A DNA stretch of 63,803 nucleotides, filler included, from Octopus bimaculoides (lineage: Eukaryota): assembly GCF_001194135.2 (NCBI RefSeq). It is 5 parts of 5 records of this genome, joined end to end, with 100 filler letters (N's around TTAATTAATTAA, not from the genome) between each part and the next. Parts side by side here need not be neighbours in the genome. Positions count along the whole stretch, not along the records: positions 1 to 20,271 come from NC_068988.1; 4 more parts are not named here. One strand, given 5' to 3'. Made by a program: the position numbers and the translations under genes. Each line of letters opens with the position of its first letter. Positions within the stretch are counted from its first letter, which is position 1. The notes under the pieces were generated by a model. It was not told the DNA's origin. It was given only the letters and a program-made list of their open reading frames with translations, and did not search any database. This document shows, piece by piece, positions 1-14,081 of this stretch.

Positions 1-385
1 TATATATATATATATTTATATACACACATTATACATTTATAGATATGTGTGTGAGTGTATACACAGCGTGAGAGTTTATATGTAATATTTACTAAATATG
101 AAAATGTATATATGCATAAATATGCATATACACATATATGTGCATATATACAGATATTTATACATTTATTTTTGTATATAATGATTCATATATATGTATG
201 TATATATATATATACAAGTTTATATATATATATGTGTTTGTGCATAAATAAGTATAATATATGTTATGTATAAATACGTATATATATATATATATATATG
301 CATCCCTTACTCTTAATATACATACGTATAATCACGCACGCACACACACATACACTCATACACATGCACACAAACACACATATGC
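1..385. repeat. (TA)n/(CA)n-rich low-complexity DNA
   Basis: Degenerate TA and CA dinucleotide runs. Confidence 0.9.
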
Positions 386-699
386 ATTTTATTATAGGAA
401 CGAGCAACGCCTGTAATTCAAGCTAAATTTCGTATATCATATATCTAAATACTTGCTGTCTTATAATTTCATAAATTTTGGAATACTTCAAATTACCAGA
501 TTCCTTCTGTTTATTGTCATTTTAAATTTCAATGCCATTATTTCCATTTCTGGCAGGTTCTTTTCATAGAATTAAATGCCATTGTATTAAGATAATAGGT
601 ATTTTCTTTTTGCCCAATCTACAGAATTCTTTGTATTTAATATTGCTTCTATATATTTATAAACAATTTCTCTTTTTTATATTTCATTGTATGCAAAAC

Positions 700-742
<43 letters not shown>
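700..742. repeat. (AGT)n microsatellite
   Basis: Perfect gta/tag triplet run. Confidence 0.95.
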
Positions 743-849
743 TCGCTATTAACCACAAGCACATCGTAAATATACCAATATTTGTGGAATAAGCAATCTA
801 AAAAAAAAAAAAAATTGCCTAGTTTTCGAGTGAGGTTATGAAAACTTAC

Positions 850-927
850 CTCTGCAATGAGATTTGTTATGGCATTTATGAAAAAAAAACGCCTATCTGA
901 GAATAACATAGAGTGGTAGACAGATAT
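850..927 (-). other. Candidate small exon of a leftward-transcribed gene
   Basis: Minus strand: acceptor cattttgttctcAG (929-928) or ctatgttattctcAG (898-897), and a strong donor GAG|GTAAGT starting at 849. An ATG at 909 gives MLFSDRRFFFINAITNLIAE up to the donor. No homology recognised. Confidence 0.25.
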
Positions 928-1799
928 CTGAGAACAAAATGTAGCGATACGTTAATGACCGGCGCTCTTCCAATATGACCAGCTGTCGGCAGTCAAAGCC
1001 ACTAATTATGAGGAGTCTGTTATCTGAACGGCCGAGAACATATTCGTTGAAGGGCTTGGATACGGTAACACTGCCTCACTCTTTCTCCCTCTGTTTCTGT
1101 CTCTCTGTCCCTGTCAGTCACCTTGTCTCTGTCTGTCTGTCTCTCTCTCCCTCTATGTCTGTCTCTCTCTCTTTCTCACTCTAGTCCTGTCTCTCATCTG
1201 CACATAATCACTGAACTTTTCCAGCCAAACTTGTATGCATGAAAAGAATGTTCTCTCATTCCCTTATTGGACCGTTTCGTCCAACAGTAGACATATGTTA
1301 AATGGGAAACAGCAATTTGTGTCTTTCATTCATCCAGCTTTCTAGTCTTTTCATTATTAATGTGACAACGTCTCCGTTTTTATTGTTACACTTCTTTCTA
1401 GGGAAGCGAAAGTGCATGGCTTTGTTACTAGCTCAATCGTGTTTTCATAACTTATATCTTATTTTAACGACTCATGACATCAGTAGACAGAATGGAAAAG
1501 GAGAGTTCCCGGATGATAGCGAGGGAGATGTGCGGAAACAGCCACTTTAATATTCGAACCTGTATGAAAGTCATTTGCTGTATTTTCTCACGGGAAAACA
1601 TTTCTCATAGCAGACAAGTGGGTGTAAAAACACCGGGTCAGCTCACAGAGTCGCCTAACTGGATTGTGGGATGCTTGCATTACGACGTGATTATCTTCAG
1701 CTACAGAGACCGGAAAGGGAGGCGCTGTGAACTGACAGGAGAGACAGGTCCATATTATAATATTCTCATCATCGTTCATGTGAATAGCCTTCTAATAAA

Positions 1800-2170
1800 C
1801 CTCAATTATATACACATCACTCACTGCTTGGCGCTGTCAGCCCGAATTCCGGCTACGATGAGCTGCTGAATAGCGTAAATGGTCATTTCTGAGCCAATTT
1901 GCTGCGGGATGGCGTCTTGCGAAGCATCCGTACACGACGCCTTATGTTAAAAGCACTGATTGGTCCAGATCAGCTGAGACACTTTGCATCGAGGCGAGTA
2001 AGAATGATGGATATCGATATTTCTCTATTTTTGCAGCTCCTCGCTAGCATGAACTCGACACAGTTCAAAACGAAATGAATCACCGATCTGGGACACGTGA
2101 AAAAACTTTGAGGTCCAGTGACGTGTAAGGAACTATCCGAAGACGCTACTCCGTAGCGAACTGGTACATA
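1800..2170. promoter_or_regulatory. CpG-rich candidate promoter / first-exon region
   Basis: Visibly denser in CpG than its flanks. Contains CCAAT motifs (gagccaat ~1891, ctgattgg ~1967), a YY1-like ATGGCG (~1910), CACGTG (~2094) and TGACGT (~2119). Donor-like GTGAGT on the minus strand at 1824. Confidence 0.35.
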
Positions 2171-2231
2171 ATCAAAACGCACATAAACTATATATGAGCA
2201 ATCGATTATGTTTACATTATTAGAGATGTTT

Positions 2232-2266
<35 letters not shown>

Positions 2267-3037
2267 NNNNNNNNNNNNNNNNNNNNNNNNNNNNNNNNNN
2301 NNNNNNNNNNNNNNNNNNNNNNNNNNNNNNNNNNNNNNNNNNNNNNNNNNNNNNNNNNNNNNNNNNNNNNNNNNNNNNNNNNNNNNNNNNNNNNNNNNNN
2401 NNNNNNNNNNNNNNNNNNNNNNNNNNNNNNNNNNNNNNNNNNNNNNNNNNNNNNNNNNNNNNNNNNNNNNNNNNNNNNNNNNNNNNNNNNNNNNNNNNNN
2501 NNNNNNNNNNNNNNNNNNNNNNNNNNNNNNNNNNNNNNNNNNNNNNNNNNNNNNNNNNNNNNNNNNNNNNNNNNNNNNNNNNNNNNNNNNNNNNNNNNNN
2601 NNNNNNNNNNNNNNNNNNNNNNNNNNNNNNNNNNNNNNNNNNNNNNNNNNNNNNNNNNNNNNNNNNNNNNNNNNNNNNNNNNNNNNNNNNNNNNNNNNNN
2701 NNNNNNNNNNNNNNNNNNNNNNNNNNNNNNNNNNNNNNNNNNNNNNNNNNNNNNNNNNNNNNNNNNNNNNNNNNNNNNNNNNNNNNNNNNNNNNNNNNNN
2801 NNNNNNNNNNNNNNNNNNNNNNNNNNNNNNNNNNNNNNNNNNNNNNNNNNNNNNNNNNNNNNNNNNNNNNNNNNNNNNNNNNNNNNNNNNNNNNNNNNNN
2901 NNNNNNNNNNNNNNNNNNNNNNNNNNNNNNNNNNNNNNNNNNNNNNNNNNNNNNNNNNNNNNNNNNNNNNNNNNNNNNNNNNNNNNNNNNNNNNNNNNNN
3001 NNNNNNNNNNNNNNNNNNNNNNNNNNNNNNNNNNNNN

Positions 3038-3072
<35 letters not shown>

Positions 3073-4495
3073 ATATATTTTCATAGCGTGAGACATATTA
3101 TGTTTTTAAATGCTGAAAGAGGATCGAAATTAAATTCTTTTTACTGGTCCTTCCCAAAACATAGTTTGTAATATGATTTTGTTTCCAGCTTCAAATGCAG
3201 ACAAATGAATCCAGCACACAGTGAAACAAGTAAATGTAGAAAAAGTATTTTAAATTTCCTCAATTTCAGCATTAAACAAGTCAATACTCTCTCGTTATTG
3301 AATAATGTTTATCAGTTATGATGACGTTGAATACTATGCATAATCTACCCCTTTATAAAATTATGAAATTTGATATAACAGAATTACATACATACGTAAT
3401 TTGATCTCATTTTCAAAAACCTTTTAGAAATAGATAGTAATTTAATTCCTATGCGTAATTCAGATATAACGTTATGATGGGTACCTGAAAATTTTCATTA
3501 TTTTACAGCAATTCATTTGCTTTAAACAAACTGACCAGGAATTGTTTGTGATACCATCGAACGACGTTGCTGAAGTTTGAGCGTAAATACGAGTGTTGAT
3601 ATTAGATTTATTACGGAAAAGATTTCGAACCGTAGTATTTCGGCTTTACTGTGAATATTGATTTCAAATACGGGGAAGTATGAATAGTCAGTAACGAATA
3701 CTATTTGAAAGGAGCACACCAACACATTTAACGATACAAGACTTGAAGAGACACAAATCTACAAATATTTTTATTGTATATAACCTTTGGTTTTCATTAT
3801 GACCTTTGGATTAAAATCTAGTAAACTCCACGAGAAATAGCATCATATTAAATTAAATTCCACATACATGGAATAAAAGTTAAAATTTTAGTTAATACCA
3901 ATTTTAAGAGCATCTACCTTATATTTGTACAAGAAAAATTGTTGCAATTATAATGGTGGCACAGTAAATATTTGTAGCTTCAAATCTTCATTACGTTCAG
4001 CAAACCACTAGTATCTATTAACGCAGAAAGAGGCTACGAAATATTATGTGGCATAATCCTCCATGTAGTTTAAACGCTCAGATCAATGTTTCTCATATTC
4101 TCTCAAAACATATAAATAAGCATTTATTTATATACAATTGATATCATAGTATATTTCATAAAACGTTTGTTAAGGCGTATTTAAAGCCTTGCGAGATACA
4201 TCCTTGAACATAGAAAACATGAAAAACAAACTTATGCATCTCCGTAACTGCACAAAGTGTATTACCCAAAAGTACTACATTCTTTTACTAATTACTTATA
4301 AACACGAATGAGAGAATTTATTATGCAAATTTCTTACTACAAACTCTAGGACATTTCTTACATAGACACACACGTGCACACGCATACAAATGCACGTACA
4401 TCCTTATATGTATGTATGAATAGATATGTCTGTGTGTGTGTGTTTGTGTGTATGTATATAGATGTATATATATACATATGCATAGATACATACAT

Positions 4496-4543
<48 letters not shown>

Positions 4544-4558
4544 GTATATGTAAATAGA

Positions 4559-4590
<32 letters not shown>

Positions 4591-6017
4591 CCATTCCTCC
4601 TGATCTTCCTATCTCTGTGACAAAGCCCTCTCTTCTCAGTAAGGGTCTGTAATTCACCCCCCTCATCCATCAAGTAAGGAATTTTAGACCCGTGCTGTTA
4701 TTCATAGCTTTTGTGCACTGCGTAAGGCTATATGCACTATTCCACAACGCTCCACCTCAATCTGATGAAGCGGAATGCTTCACCGACCTGGGTTGCCGAC
4801 CATCCCACTGAGCGGCAACTTCTGGCCAGTTCGAAGCAGTCGATCATTTTGTCAGCATCCATCCACGTGTTGTGGACCGGTTTAAGTTTCGCAGGTGTCC
4901 CCGACATTTTAACATCTCCTCGGCTGAACTCTCAGCCCTTCTTTGTCTCCGACGCCGCAAAGACGTCATCATAAATCCAGCTGATAAGGATGGAGCTAAC
5001 AGACTGTGTCCTCCACTATCCATGACCTCATCTTCTCCACCTGTCTCCCTCCTACCGCCTCCAACCTAATTATCCGCACTCTACGAACCCCTACCATTTA
5101 CTTCCTTCCCAAAATCCACAAGCCCAACAAACCTGGCTGCCCCAACGTCTGCACCTGTAACTGCCCCACGGAATTGATCTCAAAAATACCTCGACCGTGT
5201 CCTTACCACCTTCCCGTATCTGCTCTCTCTCCCTGCACCCGCCCCGCCGTTGCCCGTCGCTCGTTTGCCATCACCTACCACCCCCACCCTGCCCCTCCAA
5301 CGCATCATTCTCCAAGCATTCCGGCAACTCCAGTACTACCCCTGCACNNNNNNNNNNNNNNNNNNNNNNNNNNNNNNNNNNNNNNNNNNNNNNNNNNNNN
5401 NNNNNNNNNNNNNNNNNNNNNNNNNNNNNNNNNNNNNNNNNNNNNNNNNNNNNNNNNNNNNNNNNNNNNNNNNNNNNNNNNNNNNNNNNNNNNNNNNNNN
5501 NNNNNNNNNNNNNNNNNNNNNNNNNNNNNNNNNNNNNNNNNCTAATCCTACCTCCCAACCTGGCTCTTTCCTTTGCTCCTGTCCACGCTGCTGCACTTGC
5601 TCCTACCTCTCCAACACCCCCATCCTCACAGGCACTCATCATCGTTCCTATCATATCACCGACTCCTTTACCTTCAACGTTATTTACTGTATCTCCTCCT
5701 CTTTCCGCTCTTTTCTGTACATTGGTCAAACGGGACGTCGCTTGGCTGACTGGTTCGAAGAGTACCTCCGAGACATCATTTCTGCTCTACCGGTCAATCA
5801 ATAGAGCAGCTGTCTGTGTTTGGATTGATTTTTCTCAGGGGCCATGCTGACTCCTCTTCGTTACTTTGCTCCACATGGGCTCAACTCCCCTCATCTCTTC
5901 ATCTAACTCCTCTCCTCTTCTCTCTTCATCTGACACATACGTCTCTTCACTCCTACCCACCTCTCCTTTCTTCTCTCGCTCTGACATCTACTTCCTCTCC
6001 TCACTCCTACCATCTTC
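4591..6017 (+). mobile_element. Penelope-like retroelement (Neptune-like), internally deleted and degenerate
   Basis: Frameshifted motifs SLLSKGL*FTP, DVIINPADKDGA, TPTIYFLPKIHKPNKPG..CNCPTELISKYLD (RT N-terminus), AITYHP..LQRIILQAFRQLQ, the CSCPRCCTC linker, GIY-YIG NVIYCI..LYIGQTGRRLADWF, and terminal APHGLN..* (TAA 5904-5906). Confidence 0.92.
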
Positions 6018-6256
6018 CCTCTTGAATAAGGTTTGTTTAAAGATGTTGAGCAAAACACCCCTGTTTCCAAAGGTGAATTATTCAAACCCCAAACAATTCC
6101 TCTCAAGACATGGCTATGATGATCCCCCACTACTTCTGCTCATAACCAGAGATGCACATATCGTCAGCCACCAAGGGACATGCTCAACTGGTTACGGTCA
6201 AACTGACAAGTAAATCTGTGGTATTAATCAGAATATTTGCTGTAGCCCATCTTTTA

Positions 6257-6257
<1 letters not shown>
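6018..6257 (-). mobile_element. Dispersed repeat family D (SINE or LINE 3' UTR), partial
   Basis: Reverse complement matches 34062-34295 over about 230 bp. Confidence 0.8.

Positions 6258-6312
<55 letters not shown>
6257..6312. repeat. (AGT)n microsatellite
   Basis: Perfect triplet run. Confidence 0.95.
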
Positions 6313-6877
6313 ATTGTTCTAATCGTAATGGTACTATATCAATATTCCCTCTGTTTTACTCTGCCTAATCTTCTTCCACGAATTCACGTTCGTCCAGCCG
6401 AACGCCATCCCGTCACCATTCTTAACAATGTCACTCATATTGTCTGTACCGTTTTCTTTGTCTTTTACTTGTATGTTGTTGTTGTTGTAATCTGATTTCT
6501 TACGACTGAATGATGCAACTCTTTATGAGGTGGTTGCTAATCTGCATCTCTCTCTCACTCTCTTTCTCTCTCTCTCACTCTCTCTCTCTTTCTCTCTTTC
6601 TCTCTTTCTCTCTTTGTTATAAACAACAATTCCAACGACCATCTGTACTGCCTCACTGGTATTATCTCGTCATTTGTTTATATGTGTGTGCACTTGTGTG
6701 TGTATGTGTACACACACATGTACATATTTAGTTATATATGCATAGCGTACAGATGTACATATGTATATNNNNNNNNNNNNNNNNNNNNNNNNNNNNNNNN
6801 NNNNNNNNNNNNNNNNNNNNNNNNNNNNNNNNNNNNNNNNNNNNNNNNNNNNNNNNNNNNNNNNNNNNNNNNNNNNN

Positions 6878-6920
<43 letters not shown>

Positions 6921-7116
6921 ATATATATATATATATATATATTTATACACACATACATTGCAATAAATCCCAATCACCCACTCACTCTGTTCCTCTCAAT
7001 ATTTATATATATAGTCATATATACCTATATATATATATAAATATATTCATACAGAAATGTATATACATATAAATACAGATACATACATACACGCATATGT
7101 TTGTGTGTGTATGTAC

Positions 7117-7147
<31 letters not shown>

Positions 7148-8039
7148 GGTAAGTATATATATATGCATCTCTTTATAGAGTTCATTCCTTGCTAACCACT
7201 TAATTGCCCTTACGCATAATGGACTCCCTTATGTTTAGAAATAATTAATTATTCAAGATATTCACTTTCAGGCATTAATTTCTATCAATCTTTATAACCA
7301 TCACGTTTTTAACCCCTCTACCGTCCCCATATCCCCTCCCCTATACACTCTTCATTTATTCTATACATATTTTATCTATAAGTCTTCTTATTTAAGCATC
7401 TTAGCATCATGTCTTCTTTCTAGCTTCTTACCTTCTGTCAATAACTTCCAACCCTTCTTTTCTCTCCCGTTTCATTCCTCCCACTCTCTCTCTCTTTCAC
7501 TCCTTTTTTTTCCATCCGCTCTCTTTTCTATCAGCATTCAAACAGTCAGTCTTGAAGCATTAAAATATTTCACTTAACGGATAAAAGTTGCCACACTATA
7601 ACGTCAGAATTCAGAACGATAGATACCCACAGTTACAATGAGTGTTATAAACGCATACGTTGGTTGTCACACACGTACATAGACACATGTATACATACAT
7701 GCACATACATATATACATACATGATTTCATATAAATATNNNNNNNNNNNNNNNNNNNNNNNNNNATATATATATATATATACATATACTTACATATATAC
7801 GTTATACATATTATGTATATATATATATGTGTATATATACGATATATATTATGTAGATATATGTGTATATATGATCTATATATTATGTATATATATGTAT
7901 TTACATATATGTATATATATACATTATATATATTTGATGTATACATATGTATGTGTGTGTGTTTGTGTACTTTTGAACATATATATCCTCGCGTTTATCC
8001 AAGCGTATGTTAGCTATAAATCTCCCTCTCTCTCCCCAT

Positions 8040-8081
<42 letters not shown>

Positions 8082-8329
8082 CTATCTATCTGTTTTTCTA
8101 TCTGTCTGTGTACCTCTATGTACGTACGTACATATGTATTATGTATGTATGTATGTATGTATATATGTGTGCATGCATGTATTTATGTATAACAAAAATG
8201 AGCTGAGAGAAATACTCAGATTGGCCGGTGGCATGTGTAGTTAAAACACAAATACAGATATATCAAATATCATACAGCAGAAATTTTTGATTTGTCCGAC
8301 TCTCGAGGCTGTCTTACAATTCTCAAAGA

Positions 8330-8760
8330 ACAATGGAAAACAAGAAGAGTAGAATAACCTCAAGGATCAAAAAATTTCCAATGTCGTTAAGTCATTAATG
8401 AAGGGGAGAAGTGTATTGTTTCAGAGTAAGAGGTCTGCCGTGGACCATATTTCTGCCAGAATAATTGTCATGAACATGACAAGCGCAATGGCTGTAGGAG
8501 ATATGTGAATGAAATGAAAATTTGATGCGGTGCGTTATTACTGAGAGAGACACGGTTACAAAAAGTTCGTCTTATTGTTCGGATACTCAAAACGATCAGG
8601 TTCCGCGACATGGATCAAACTTTTTAAAGTTTAAGATACACTTCTAACCACTGATCAGCTCATCTGAGGATGTGTTAATGATATCTCGGTCACTAGAGAA
8701 AATTTCTATATGGGAAAAATGGCATGAATATTCCTCCATGCTGCAGCTAGAATTTCAAGT
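8330..8760 (+). mobile_element. Highly degenerate LINE reverse-transcriptase fragment (RTE-like)
   Basis: FQSKRSAVDHISARII resembles the LINE RT motif GFRxxRSTxDHIFxLR and is followed by KFDAV (KAFDSV-like). Many stops and frameshifts. Confidence 0.45.
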
Positions 8761-9181
8761 ATAATAAGAAATTCAAGAAAATTCAAGAAATGGTTTTAAG
8801 TGTCATGACTTAAAACTGACCAACAGAGGGGCTACTTGGTTGCAATAACACCAACGTTCAGTTTATAACAAATTACTACGACCGTTAACATGTAGAATAG
8901 AGCGCTTCAAATGAGTAATGAAGTTTTTTTTTCTCGCGAATGACCTAGGTGATACGGAATATAAACCAACGTTTACATCTGCTCACCCATTGACCCGTAT
9001 GTCAATTGGAACTGAAAATTAAAAGTCTTAGACCAAGCTCTTCCTACTAATTTTTCTGTTTATGGTGGACTATTTCAGGGACGATTTTATCGACTATTAT
9101 CTCGGAGCAGGAGATAAATTGATCATTATATTTTGAATGACAAGACATAGAACATTAATTAGTAAGCATTCTTGGTTTTCA

Positions 9182-9207
9182 CTCTCTCTCTCTCAATCTC
9201 TCTCTCT

Positions 9208-9304
<97 letters not shown>

Positions 9305-9337
9305 AATCTCTCTCTCTCCCCCTCTCTCTCTCTCTCG
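9182..9337. repeat. (CT)n microsatellite
   Basis: Long CT run with few interruptions. Confidence 0.95.
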
Positions 9338-10367
9338 CATGTCCACCTCAAAATAATTAAAATCTTTCAGTATGTTTGTAGGACAGAGGTTGTTTTATCT
9401 TGGTGTGGGAGTTTGAGTTCGTGCAGTTAGTTGCGAGGGCCCGGGAGCAGGAGGTGCGGGTGGTGTGCTTTTACGATCTAACATTATTAGGGAGTGCAAA
9501 ATCAAAAAGTTGCACCCTGACACACTCTACCTGGTTTAGAAAATAGTGTCTAAAAATTGATCTGTAAAAAGTCGCTTGAAGTTAAGTTTCTTCTCAAAAC
9601 AAGAACAAAGGACAAACATTTTTAAATGGCTTAAATGTTTAATTATGAAGTTGGTCGTAAAATTACCGATGAAATTCTTTAGAAATTTATACTACTGAAC
9701 TAAATTATCATCAAAATCAAAATTTAAAATATATACATATAGCAGCCGCAGCAACAACAACAGCAACAGCACGACCAGCAGTACATCTACTCCTCAAAAC
9801 TAGCGTAGTTCATGACGTATTGAACTCCACAATAAAAAGTCCTTCACTGCCCATCTAGCCACATTCTTCATTTTCTCTGAATACTACAACTCATCCATTA
9901 TCATCATCATGATTGCCATAATATTCTACTGCTACCATCATAACCACTACTCTTATCACGCCTTTTCTCCCATCACATTCAGCCTCAATTTGAATATATA
10001 CCTAAGAGATCCATGATAAATCTGCTGACTGTAAATAAAGTAAAATCTATAAATGCATGATACCCCGAAATATGCCAGTGTTCTCAATGGAAGAGTTCAT
10101 GCATACGTAGTAACTGCAATTTCACTCATTTACCTGGGACAAAACATGCAGTTTTCGTCGAAGCAACACCAGCCAACGCCAAAACACACACTTTACTCCG
10201 CCACCACTGTAACCACCGCCATCGCACCACTTGTAAGTGATTTTTCAAATTGCTACCTTCTGTGCAATCTTTTAATCAGTTTGTCTACTTCACTGTTTGT
10301 GTATGTTGCATCTGTTTGTGCGTGTTTGTATATATATCTATATATCTATATCTATATCTATCTATAT

Positions 10368-10398
<31 letters not shown>

Positions 10399-11564
10399 NN
10401 NNNNNNNNNNNNNNNNNNNNNNNNNNNNNNNNNNNNNNNNNNNNNNNNNNNNNNNNNNNNNNNNNNNNNNNNNNNNNNNNNNNNNNNNNNNNNNNNNNNN
10501 NNNNNNNNNNNNNNNNNNNNNNNNNNNNNNNNNNNNNNNNNNNNNNNNNNNNNNNNNNNNNNNNNNNNNNNNNNNNNNNNNNNNNNNNNNNNNNNNNNNN
10601 NNNNNNNNNNNNNNNNNNNNNNNNNNNNNNNNNNNNNNNNNATATATGTATAGATATAATAAAATTATATATCTATGTAATTAAATCATATATATATGTG
10701 TGTAATTGAATTAGCAATGTATCACCAATAAGGAAGACTATAATTGTCATTAAATATGACAGAATGTGTTAGAACACCTACAATGCTAGTTATTCTATAC
10801 ATATATATGTCGACTTTCTGTGCAACATTTTATGGTTATTGGTTATTAGTCAATGTAATGTCACCCAACCCACTTCAGTTCCCACTCAATTTCAACCCAC
10901 ACAATTTTCAATAATTGGTGCAAAATTTTGTCTCTTTTCTATCCATTTCCTTATGTTTCTCTCCTCCCCTCTTGTATGCAAAACCTTCCCCATCTATTTC
11001 TACCAGTATCTCTACTCATCTACTGCTGTTTTCTCTTTACTACTTTCCATTTATTTCTCTGTCCATCTCTGTCACTTGTCTGTCTTTATCTTCTTATTTC
11101 TCGGCACTCCCTCTTTCTACGTACTTGCTCCTCCCCAACCTTTACTACTCCACTCTGTGTTTCTTTCTTCACTTTTTGATATCAAAAACCCATCCAACTT
11201 TCTATCATTCATCCTTTTTCTACTTGACCAGTGCATAGGTAAGACATGGATGTTGTTTCATCTCCTGCCTAGCATTCACTTCAGAATCCCAGTTTATCTT
11301 TCAGTCTTCATTACTTTCCTTCTCTCTTTCTTCCCTTCCATCCCATCCTTCTATCTTTCTCCTGAGCCCTCTCATCGTGTCTTTGGAACACAAGCACCTC
11401 TATTTTCTTTCTTTTTCTTTTTTTGTTAGTTTAACATCATGTAGTGTCCCAATTGTGGAATAGTTGCAATTTGTATTTTTACTGCTTATCTTGGCTTTGC
11501 TTGATATATTTCCAAAATTAAACATTTTAATATTCAAAATATACTCCACATTATTATATATAAT

Positions 11565-12070
11565 ATACGTTGGTGGAAGAAATATTGTTTATTGAATATC
11601 TTCAAATTGATCACACTATCAATGAAAAGTTCAATGCTAACTTGCTAAGGCAGTTACGAAAGGCTATCCCGACCAAGCGCCCAGAAAATCTGATGAATTA
11701 TCTTGTTTTATTAGGACAATGCTTCAGCACACAAGTCATTAGTTTCAAGGGCTGATGTGCGTGACTGGTTTTGAACAGGTTGATCACATTCCCTATGTTA
11801 GGGATTTGGTTCCATCTGATGATCGTCTGTTTCCAACATGAAAAAAAAACACTTGGCTGGGCCCAGTACCGCTGTGATGATGACGTCTTATCTGCTGTTG
11901 ATGACTATGTTGACTAGCAGGAGAGTTTCTTCACCGGTGTCATCCAAACACTGCAACTACTGATGGAAGCGTGTGGACAGTAAGAGGAACTATATTAAAA
12001 AATTAACTTCATTTGCTTACATTCCATCAGAGTGTCTTGCTCAGCCTATGAACATTTCAGCCAATCCGCA
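11565..12070 (+). mobile_element. Mariner transposase 3' half, degenerate
   Basis: ILFIEYLQIDHTINEKFNANLLRQLRKAIPTKRP, QDNASAHKS, DHIPYVRDLVPSDDRLFP (HPPYSPDLAPSD motif), KHLAGPQYRCDDDVLSAV, then ..KRVDSKRNYIKK and a TIR-like end cagcctatgaacatttcagcc. Confidence 0.92.
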
Positions 12071-13099
12071 AAATAATAATAGATATTATTATAGCTGCAT
12101 TTGTTGTAATGTTAACATTGAAAACATTCACTCTTTCCGTAAAAATATTCGGACCTGGGTTTGCACCTCCTTAGCAAATTTTGTTCCTGACCGACTGTAT
12201 ATACATACATGTGTGTGTGTGTGTGTGTGTGTGTGNNNNNNNNNNNNNNNNNNNNNNNNNNNNNNNNNNNNNNNNNNNNNNNNNNNNNNNNNNNNNNNNN
12301 NNNNNNNNNNNNNNNNNNNNNNNNNNNNNNNNNNNNNNNNNNNNNNNNNNNNNNNNNNNNNNNNNNNNNNNNNNNNNNNNNNNNNNNNNNNNNNNNNNNN
12401 NNNNNNNNNNNNNNNNNNNNNNNNNNNNNNNNNNNNNNNNNNNNNNNNNNNNNNNNNNNNNNNNNNNNNNNNNNNNNNNNNNNNNNNNNNNNNNNNNNNN
12501 NNNNNNNNNNNNNNNNNNNNNNNNNNNNNNNNNNNNNNNNNNNNNNNNNNNNNNNNNNNNNNNNNNNNNNNNNNNNNNNNNNNNNNNNNNNNNNNNNNNN
12601 NNNNNNNNNNNNNNNNNNNNNNNNNNNNNNNNNNNNNNNNNNNNNNNNNNNNNNNNNNNNNNNNNNNNNNNNNNNNNNNNNNNNNNNNNNNNNNNNNNNN
12701 NNNNNNNNNNNNNNNNNNNNNNNNNNNNNNNNNNNNNNNNNNNNNNNNNNNNNNNNNNNNNNNNNNNNNNNNNNNNNNNNNNNNNNNNNNNNNNNNNNNN
12801 NNNNNNNNNNNNNNNNNNNNNNNNNNNNNNNNNNNNNNNNNNNNNNNNNNNNNNNNNNNNNNNNNNNNNNNNNNNNNNNNNNNNNNNNNNNNNNNNNNNN
12901 NNNNNNNNNNNNNNNNNNNNNNNNNNNNNNNNNNNNNNNNNNNNNNNNNNNNNNNNNNNNNNNNNNNNNNNNNNNNNNNNNNNNNNNNNNNNNNNNNNNN
13001 NNNNNNNNNNNNNNNNNNNNNNNNNNNNNNNNNNNNNNNNNNNNNNNNNNNNNNNNNNNNNNNNNNNNNNNNNNNNNNNNNNNNNNNNNNCTAATGGGT

Positions 13100-13620
13100 T
13101 ATTCTATATTTTTGTTGAATATAAATTTTTTATTCTTAAACAAGAATGGCGTAGCGGGCCGAAGATTCGAAGTCATATCAACAAGATTCTTAAATATACG
13201 ATATATTCATACCCGTATATATGTGTGCAAGAGTGTTTGATGGTGTATGTGACTAAAATTCGGGTTTTGAAGTAAATATGCACATTCTCTATCAAATGTC
13301 CTACTAGTATTGTGGTAGAGTGTGGAGGGTGAATTTTTTTATGTTCTTCTATGAAGATGACTGAATGATTGTTGTCGGAGAACAGCCTTTCTAGGATTTC
13401 TGTAACTGCGCACAGGAGGAAGATGGGTGTATTGTTATTTAGATTGGATTTTTCTTTGGGCTTACAATTGCAGCCTCAAGAGGTACAGAAATTTTAATAT
13501 AGAAAATCTAATATTCTATCTCAAGACATATGATAGAATTCAAGGAACGTTCTTTTAAAATAATTCCAATGGATCATTTTAATGGTATATAAGAGATATA
13601 TGAAAATGGTTTGAATTGTT
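13100..13620 (-). mobile_element. Possible L1/Tx1-type ORF2 C-terminal remnant
   Basis: Minus-strand reading TPIFLLCAVTEILERLFSDNNH resembles the decayed CxxC..ETxEHLF..C zinc knuckle; weak. Confidence 0.3.
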
Positions 13621-14038
13621 TTCCTACAATGCTTGGTTTTTACAAATATATATTCTAGATAACTCTCCTTACATTTACACTTTAATAGGTTTAAGACCAG
13701 CTAGACTCACATGCCAGTGTGCGTATACACACACATATACACCCACACACTCACATACATATTTATATATGACTATAGATATATATATATATACATTCGT
13801 ACACACACGCACACATATATATATATGCACATGTATCTATCTGTATATATATATATATATACTTATATATACACACACATACATATATATATATGCACAC
13901 ATACATTTATATATATAGAGAGATATAAATACATATATATACATATAGATGTCTACGAATATATATTCATATATATATATATATATATGTATATATGTAA
14001 ATACACACATACACACACGTACACACATACACACACAT

Positions 14039-14081
<43 letters not shown>

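Noticed and set aside
1588-1779. ORF with FTAPPFPVSVAEDN, superficially cadherin-like
   Set aside because: Lacks the DxNDN, DxD and LDRE calcium-binding motifs; too short; the segment overlaps a likely splice-acceptor tract.
6018-6035. cttgaataagg after the first PLE as a hammerhead remnant
   Set aside because: It aligns with repeat family D (reverse of 34262-34298), not with a ribozyme.
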